Positions 55,151 to 64,000 of a stretch of 64,000 nucleotides of DNA are shown here, piece after piece. Each line of letters starts with the position of its first letter. The first letter of the stretch is position 1. Position numbers and translations under genes: made by a program. The notes beneath the pieces are model-generated. The model was not told where the DNA came from, ran no database searches, and saw only the letters and a program-made list of their open reading frames with translations. The stretch is taken from the NCBI GenBank assembly GCA_044892525.1, contig CM097885.1, positions 13,766,001 to 13,830,000 of the forward strand, given 5' to 3'. This stretch comes from Schmidtea polychroa. Lineage: Eukaryota.

Positions 55151-55623
55151 GGAGTTAGTAAATCTCTATATAAGATTATTATGGTTAAATGGTAGAAGTG
55201 AGATCAGTTAGTAGAAATAATTATTTCTGTTAAATTTTTATATTTAAATTCTATATTAAATTATATCATATTATATTAAATTATATTAAATTAAATCAAT
55301 TAACACATTGTGATCGGGCAGTTTTCGGCCACGTACTAGTGCTGGTAACGGGTGATTTTTCGCGCAATTTCGCGCTAACGTAGACCTCTAGAAAAATTGC
55401 GATAACTTCAAAAATATTTGTTTGATTTCAATAATTCTTTTTGCAAATTATTTATTTTATTTCATTTTATTTTATTATATTTAGAAATGTATTCTTTATC
55501 GTTAAACTAGTGCAGAATTTCATATAAAGCAGGAAAGTTATGAAAAAATTAATATTTTTTTTACATAACATCCTTTATTTTACAAATTATACACAAAAAT
55601 TATTTCTAAATGTAAAATAAAAA

Positions 55624-57304
55624 TTAGTATTGTTTTAGGGTGTGATATCTTTCAAAACATTTGCCCCTGTGTAGGGGAACTTCACAAAATTTGCATATGA
55701 AGCATGTTTCACTACGCACCTTGCGCGCTGAACAGACACGACATTGCCTTTGAACAAATTTCTTCTTTCCCTTGCTTTCAATTTTGGCTATCAATTGTTT
55801 GCGCATGTCCATGGAAAGCCTTCCAGGAGGATCACGAGAAGGAGCCCTTTTCCACGAAGATGTCGATGGCCCTGGATCTTCAGAAATAACTTCTTCATGA
55901 ATAGAATCGGAAGTCCATTCGAAGGCAATGTCATATAAAAATCTTTTATATTTAATCTTTTTAGTTGTAATGGAGTTGTATACAACAAAAGAATTGAATA
56001 AGGCACAATTTATCATATACATTGCCACATGTTTTGTCCATTTCGTGGTTTTTCTCAAAATATTGTAATACGATAAATATTGATCGGCACGATCGACGCC
56101 TTTCATATACTTATTGTAATCAATAAGGGCATTTGGCTTGATAATCTTTTGTCGCGTCATTCGGTCGACATTATGGCTCTCCTTCATTTCTGCAGAATGG
56201 ATAGAAGATATGAGAGATACCTCTTTCTTGGATTTCCAAACTTGTAACAATATATCATTTTTCCGACGGAATATTGTATCTCCTCTCTGTAAATCCGTTT
56301 TTTAGGCATTCAGGTAAGCCTCTATTTTTTCTAATGGTTCCACAAACCCTTATTTTCTTTTGTAAAAGCGCAACAGTATTGTCGACACTATTATAATAGT
56401 TATCCATATACAAATGGTGCCAGACATCAGTATAAGGCGAAACTACAGTTTGGATTGTTTCAATCAATCGTAGTCCTTGCGCAGCGTAAATTTCAAAATT
56501 ACAGATATATCCTGTATCACTCTCGGATAATATTCTCACGAGAATCCCGTACTTTATGATTTTTCAAGCATTGTACACCCTGAAGAATAGTCTTCCTCTC
56601 CATGATATTATGCCTTCATCCAATGAGACTTGCTGTTTTGGCTTGTAGATGTTTTTGAACTTTTCAACGAAGTGATTGATTATAGGTCTTACTTTTTCCA
56701 GACGATTAGATGGGTCAGTAATATTTTCATTGTTATTGAAATGCCAAGCGCGCCATATTTGGTTAAACCTATCTCTTGACATTGTTTTACCGAAAAACGG
56801 CGTATCTAAAACAGGATCTGTGGTCCAATATTCATTCCGTCTATCTTTCCGTACTAGCCCCATGAATATTATGAGACCTACAAACTTTTTCATTTCCGGA
56901 ATGGTGATATCTTTCCATTTGATACCTTTGGTTTGTGATTTTAGTCGGTCGATGTTTTGATAATAATATCTGTTGGATTCGATAACCAAAAACTTAAAAA
57001 AATCGTCGTCTATGAACAATTTCAACACATCCATCTGCGTTTTTGGAGGATTATTCAAGGTAATTCCAGGAATACCCAAAAGATCTTCAAGAACTTGGGG
57101 ATTATCATTTATAGACCAACCATCAACCTCTTCTTCGTCAGAACTGGACGAAATGGTTCTGCGGGTAAATGTTGTAGGCAGTGGAATAATATCTTCATCA
57201 TCAACTAGATCGCTATCATCACTATCAAAATCACTTTCACACGATATGTCGGATTGATCGTCGGCGTATATTTCTTGGTCACTATCTTCATGGTGGTGAG
57301 ACAT
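55624..57304 (-). pseudogene. piggyBac transposase (frameshifted into three ORFs)
   Basis: SLDEG, MDNYY, GTIRKNR, YNKYMKGVDRADQ; C-terminal Cys-rich CRVC...CKFC..PLH...CFERYH. Confidence 0.95.
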
Positions 57305-57457
57305 TTTTCTTATGGGATAAATAACAATATAATAATATAACTAATAAAAAAAATAACAAACTTTCAATCACAATCTTGGTAAAAATGTCTGTTTCATCGA
57401 AAATTTATCAAAAGTATTTATACTTTTAAACACTAAAATAAAATGAAAATATGTACG

Positions 57458-57586
<129 letters not shown>

Positions 57587-58232
57587 CTATGTACTCGATA
57601 TTTAGCTTTTAGCAACGTCCGACCACCAAAGAGTAGTGAAATAAACTAAAAAAATTATTATTCTTTGTCTTAGTGTTGCATGTAGACCGTTATATGTACC
57701 GTGTACTATTTTTGTGATGAATAACACTACCTCGGTACCTACCGTACACCCCATCTATTGTTCTCAAAAGGTTTTTACCTGCATGGGTACAACCCTACAG
57801 ACGCTATATAGCGAAAACTCAAGTATATTGGAACCCGCATTTTAACGTGACCCGCGCTCCACTAACAATCTATCAAAAACGTATAAATACGTGTTCCGCT
57901 CTCTAGCATTAATTTGCTAAACACGTATCAATACGTGATCCGATTACAATGTGCTAAATGTATGACCAGTAATTACATTAATATTAATAATTATCACTTC
58001 TCGGTGTTTAAATACTCTAGTAAACGGCACAATTTTGAAGTTGTTATAAAAATAAATGATTGAAGAAGACTTGAATTTAATTGCGTCTAACAACTATCAT
58101 TGCTTTTGGACTGTCGATCACGATGGAGTAGATTAGTAATTATGGTGGAACGGTTTTTAAGGGTAATCGATTCAATACAAAAGGTTTTGTTGGAACTGAA
58201 TAAAGGCAAAATCTGGTGTTTAAAGGTAACAG

Positions 58233-58807
58233 CAGTGCTCGAAGTGGAACAAAATATGTGCCGGGATAGGCATGCTTTGGCACCCGGGATTCCAGGCTTT
58301 TATGCAAAAATTTTCAGTTTGGGGTGTTGCAAAACTTTGGGGGGTCCTATCTTACATATCTCTTACATATTGTGATTGTCAATATGTGCATGTGTATGTA
58401 TATCTGCGTAGCACATATATGTTTTCTTATCACGTTAATTATAACAGCTCTCTGCATGTGAAATCATGCACACATTATATATAGAGGGGGTCGCAGTATA
58501 AATAACTCAACAAACAACTTGCTGGTTTAACTAAAATAAATAAGAGAATATACCTACCTATCCATTACTGCTGCTTGGGAAATTCTTAATTGAATAGAGA
58601 ATAGAGAATAAAGAATATATATATATATACATACATATATGGATGTACTATGTGTGACCTTAATTGCAGTATTTGGCTGCCTATAAAATGAAATAAGTAC
58701 CGGGATAAACCTATAGATTATATGAAATGTAGTGCCGGGATGCAATTCCGCCTACATAATCAATGCCGGGATAATATCCCGGCTATCCCGCCTCACTTCG
58801 AGCACTG
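58233..58807. mobile_element. hAT MITE
   Basis: 8-bp TSD GGTAACAG; perfect TIR CAGTGCTCGAAGTG; repeated CCGGGAT subterminal motifs. Confidence 0.93.
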
Positions 58808-61712
58808 GGTAACAGATACAGCAAAATGGATACTGAACTCTTAAAGCCCTGTCAAATATGCTATAAGGTTTTGAGTCGTGAAAATCCCAACCTTTTAACC
58901 TGAGAAGGGTTCAAAGATTTTTATTTAATGCTCTTCGTGTTGAAAATTCAAAACTAAGCAAAAGATGTTTAGATGAACTACAAATTTTGAAGTGAATAAA
59001 TAAATCGGAAGCTTAGCTATTAAAGTTTTTACAAGATCCCAATCATTTACAATACTGTAAGGGTGAAATTTTTAAATCAACCTCAATATCTAGTATTATT
59101 AAACTTGATACAAGTTATATGAAAAGGCATTATCATACCAGAGATGAATTGGAATATTACAACTCCGAATCTGAGTCTGATCTTGATGATGCTGTCCTAA
59201 CTGAAAGCAATTAAAATACTAAAACAAGTTGATTTTTAATGTTAATTTTATGTTTATACGATCAATATTTCTTAAAACTAGAAGGAGGTCGGGGGAAGGG
59301 GGTTTTGCCGTGTGATCACATAATTTTCAAAAGACCCAGTAGAGGCATTTGAATTTTTTAAAGAGTTTTCTTATAAAGTAATTTTCTGATTTAAACTGTA
59401 GAAAAATTTTTTAAACTTAGTTTTTAATTTGAATTTAAAATTTTTCGTTTTACATAAAAATATTTCAAAACTTCTGAATTACACAGAATGTCAATGCGCA
59501 TTCAACGCACAAAAAATATAAATATATAATTCGACAAGTTATACTTTATTCGGAAAAGTTTTGAATTAATTTTAAAATGTCCGATAAGTACTCGCTATTA
59601 GGACCTATCACAACCTGTATGTATTTGTGTGTGCGCGCAATAACAATATATGAAAAGCAGGATTCCGGTTATCCTAACCATTTCTCACCAATCAGTAAGT
59701 GCAAATCATATTGAATTTTTTTGGAAAAGTAAGAGATATTTAATATTTCCCTAGGTACAGTTGTCAGTCACACGTTTATTAAATTATTTAATAATTAATA
59801 ATATTAATACAATTTCCATAATTGAATCCACAAAGATTCCTCAACTGATTTCCAAAATTATTCAATTCAACATTTAGTGTCAATTGCTCCAAAATTTTCC
59901 TTCCCAAATTTGTTTCTAGTTTCCTAATAATTATTAATAATCTGAATTTTTTCTTGATACAAATTCCTTTTATAGCCGAAATTCTTCATCCAGCTTCAAT
60001 TTGTCATTGGCCAACAGGATTTCATTGAAAACAAAATTAAATTTGTTTTAGTCAACAATTTTACTATTAATAGTTTTTGTTTATTCTTGAATTTTTCATA
60101 ATAATTTTCGATCAAATTTTAGTAAAGTCTTAATGATACAGTGGATTTTCTTTTTTATTTTTAAATTTCATGCATTGTCATTACGACTGTAGGTTAAAAA
60201 TCTTTATTTTTCAATTAAACTCAAATTTTCGCCAATACTTTCAGTTGATTAAATATTATATTGACATATTTGTTTTAATAATACTTTTGTAAGAGATGGT
60301 AAACTGCGATATTTCAAAATGCTAACTATTTAAAATATTAATTATTAATTTTTTTATTAAAGTATTTTATTTATTGGTGATTTTTGTTAAGATACTTTTC
60401 CCAATTTCTAAGATTAATTATGTATTACAAGTTTCCAACAAATAAAGTTATGAATAATAATGCAAGATTAAAATTATTTACAGGAGGAAGAATTAATTTT
60501 TATATTAATAACATTTGCAAAAGTCTACAAATTATTATTTAGTTACTCTTAAGTTTTGGATTGTCAACTTCATTCCTCACAAATCACTATAGTTCATGTG
60601 CCTGAATCCCACAATATTTTAATATCAACGCATCCATCATCATTGTGCTGCAGTCTTTGTCATCTGACGGTGCAGGACTCTTTCATTCCGTTTTGTTTAT
60701 TTGATAACTATTTGAACTATTTGAGCCCGCTTAACGAAATAAGAATAATAAAATTCCTCGTTTTTACAAGTTTCTCAATTAGACATTCATTAATTTTTAA
60801 CAGCTTCTCCATTTTCGGTGCACATAAACAATGCTTTTAGTATTTTTACAGCCATTAAAAATCAAAAATCTTTGTCCCCCTTGACTTTTCAATAAGCAAA
60901 AGACATAATTCTCTGTTCATATCTGGAGTGACACATCTAACATGAACCATATATAGAAATTATTGAGGGTAAAGCTCAGAATATTTTTATTGTAAATAAG
61001 GTGAAAAACCTTTTGCAAAATAAACTCACAAAAATACCATCTTCATTTGGCTGTTTATCAGGAAACAATAGACCATTGCTTTCTGACCATGAGATGTTTA
61101 TAGATAATATTGACTTTGAAACTAGCAATGGCATCCATCACATCCATTCGTCTTATATTTCCAAAAGGTAATATAAATAATCCGGCAACTTCCATGAATT
61201 GAAAAGTAATTTGAACACAATTAGAATGGATAGTTCAAACCATAATTGTATGAAAGAATATTTATCCTTATTATCATAATGTTCATTCGATGCACTACTA
61301 TGACAAATATTAATAAAAACATTTTATCGGAAATCGTCTTAAATAGTCTTAACTTTCTGTGGAAATTGATGTTTCTCTGAAGAGTGTCCCGTTAAATTTA
61401 CAGTTCCTTAAAGAGGGATGAAAAAAGAGTAACTGGTAATTAGTGGGCAGAACATTTAATTGGTTCAATCAGCGACTTGATTGAATATTCTAAGTCTCGC
61501 AATTGTTGTAAAATGTAGTGCTATTTTAAAAAGATTATAAACTAAGCCTATTTTTGAAAAAGAGAAAAATATTTTCTTAGGTTCGATGTCATTTTTTGAA
61601 CAAGCCGTCGTATACTCATTTTTCTATGAAGAATTTCAAGTAATAAATATCAGCGTAACAACTTTTTAATTCAAATAACAATTTAAGAAATATTTTAAAA
61701 TTACTTTACATA

Positions 61713-62806
61713 CAGTGACTGCCGAAATTGGCTCAATGTTTTTTATGTCTTTCATTAACAAATTTTTGTAAGATTTTCATTAATTGTTTCTGTGTGTATA
61801 TGAAACAGTTTTAATGTGTTATTGTTTAAAGCAATCTCCTCTATGATAATTTGGTTGAATTATAATTCAATTTAGTCATTGACCCAATTTTGGCACTGCT
61901 ATATTCATCTGACATTTGAGTCTTATAAAGCTTCTTGAAAATTTTCTACTGTTGCAATCTTATCTAAAAGGTTAAAATACTGTTGAAATGTAGTTTGCAA
62001 TATTTTTTTATGATTTATCTTGATTTATTTTAGATATAAAAGCTATTTCTAAAAGTAAGCGAGATTGTATCATTTCTCTTATAAATCAACTATCGTCTCG
62101 TCAAATAGAGATGAGAATCAACGTAGGACGTGCAACGGTTAATAGAATCCGTTCGAAATATTGTCCATGTGCCCAACACCTATCAGCTGGTAGGCCAACT
62201 AAACTTACGCCGAATGACAAGTACTGCCTGGTTCGAATGGTGACTTCTGGTGCAGCAGATAATTCTGTAAAACTTGCTAAAGTTCTCAGATCTACAAAGA
62301 ACTTGGATGTAAGCACTAATACTATCCGATGAGCTCTAAAAGAGGCTGGCTTAAAGGCAATTCCTAAGAAGAAAAAACCTATACTTTTACTACGTAATGA
62401 AAGGGAACGGCTTAACTTTGCACTGAAGTACCATAATTGGACAAGTGAAGGTTGGAATTGTGTGGTGTGATAATATGAAACTAAAATATCACGTTTGGGC
62501 TCGGATGGACGTGTATGGAATGGAATGAGCCAGGAACACAGCTACAAGAGCAGCATGTAAAAGGAACATTAAAGTTTGCTGGTGGGAGTCTAATGATGTG
62601 GAGCTATACACAGATATTCTCAGAAATGAAATATTACAAAGTTTGCAATATTATGACCTTGACAAAGGAAGAATTATTTACCAACAGGACAATGATCCAA
62701 AACACAAATCTCGATTAGCTCAAAAGTGGTTTGAAGTGGGTTACCAGTTTTGTTATGTTAATTTATTTATAAGTTAGAAACATTGAGCCAATTTTGGCAG
62801 TCACTG
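61713..62806 (+). mobile_element. Tc1-like transposon, internally deleted and degenerate
   Basis: TA TSD; TIR CAGTGACTGCCGAAATTGGCTCAATGTTT; GRPTKLT, TIR*ALK, KKKP, GGSLMMW, QQDNDPKH motifs. Confidence 0.92.
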
Positions 62807-64000
62807 TATTTGTAAAAAACTTCTGATAAAATCCAGTATATTATACAATTATATAATTTTAATTAATAATTATAATCATATAGTAAAAAATTACTATTTT
62901 TTCGGACATTTAAATAAATAATATTTTTTAGCTTTGGGCATCAACATTAAAAACTTTACTCCGAAATATATAAATTTTATTTATTAAATTTGTCCTTGTA
63001 TTTGTTTAAATAATTTATAGCTGGAGTTGTGACTGTATGCATGTTGTATATATTGCAAAGTAATATTTTGTTAAATATTTCTTTCCATGTTAAAGAATTT
63101 ATTTAATCTTTCAAAATAAATTGATATCTGAATTCAAATATTTATAGATAGTGAATATGAGCCGTAAATTTTCAATTACTCGGAAGTTCTCTACTTTAGG
63201 ACTTGGAAGTAAGATACATTATCTAAATTAAATTGTACTATATGATAACATGTAAATATTAAAATATTTTTAATTAAAATTCATTAGATTCATAATTCTC
63301 AAATAGAAATAAAAATGTAGTTATTATTTGAAATAGTCAATGTTTACATTATTTATTATTAAATGAATTCTATTTATTTACTTAATAAATAATCCAAAAT
63401 GGTACTAGGATTAAATGGTATAATGTATAAAATGATAGGCTTAAGTCTATTCAAATAGAGTAATAAGTCTATTTTTTAAATGTTGTTAGTTAATTATTGG
63501 TCTAACACATATTGGTCAAACAAGGAATAGTTTAATGATTAGAAAAGCAAGTTGCCTTTATTTAGCATAAATGCCTGGCTCTATCCGTGTAATAATGATA
63601 AAAAACAATAGAAAAATCTAGACTAGTCAAATAAAAATATAAATTATAATGAATAAACAAATTATATAAAATTTAATGTCAAACATCTAAAACTATGTTT
63701 CCTTTATGTTCATACAAATTTGCAATAAAGTTGCTGTCAGACAACATTTATATTGTTGAGGATACCTAAATAGTAAATAATATTATAAACAATTAGAATA
63801 ACTTAGGGGAAAACCGATAGGGTGATTGAGTTAACATTCTGAAACTTTGAGAAGAAAACAGAAAGGAAAAAATTGAGAAATGAGGAAGGAATAACAAAAC
63901 AAAAGAAACTCAACAATAGAGCGGAGAAAGGTTACTTATAATTAATAAGTGCAAGAAAGCAAAAAGGAATTTCAAGATTGGAAAACAAAAAAACAAAACA

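Overview
Very AT-rich eukaryotic (metazoan) genomic DNA with short GT-AG introns and long (AAT)n/(TA)n microsatellites. The composition and TE repertoire resemble a freshwater planarian, which is an inference only. The window is mostly mobile DNA. (1) 1086-8853 is one end of an endogenous Polinton/Maverick (adintovirus-like) virus. It carries a penton C-terminus, a fiber-like ORF, a PSAP-containing membrane protein, an HTH protein, a protein-primed PolB with endonuclease-VII insertion and an AGTAGT/ACTACT terminus. Its penton gene is interrupted by a Gypsy element (1-1085). (2) There is one clear host gene, a single-exon LRR transmembrane protein (13878-15182). (3) A hAT transposon (17110-19683), many hAT and piggyBac MITEs with exact TSDs, and pogo, Merlin and Tc1 fossils are scattered through the window. 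(4) An intron-containing MTAP pseudogene (40036-40976) is followed by a long-LTR Gypsy with env-like extra ORFs (41140-46464). (5) A compact virus-like cassette (~46800-48922) holds a divergently transcribed Bcl-2-like ORF and a secreted/GPI-like coiled-coil ORF beside a dense AP-1/HMG-box motif array. (6) A nested hAT>Gypsy>piggyBac stack spans 50115-59215. All assignments come from motif recognition by eye; no database searches were run.
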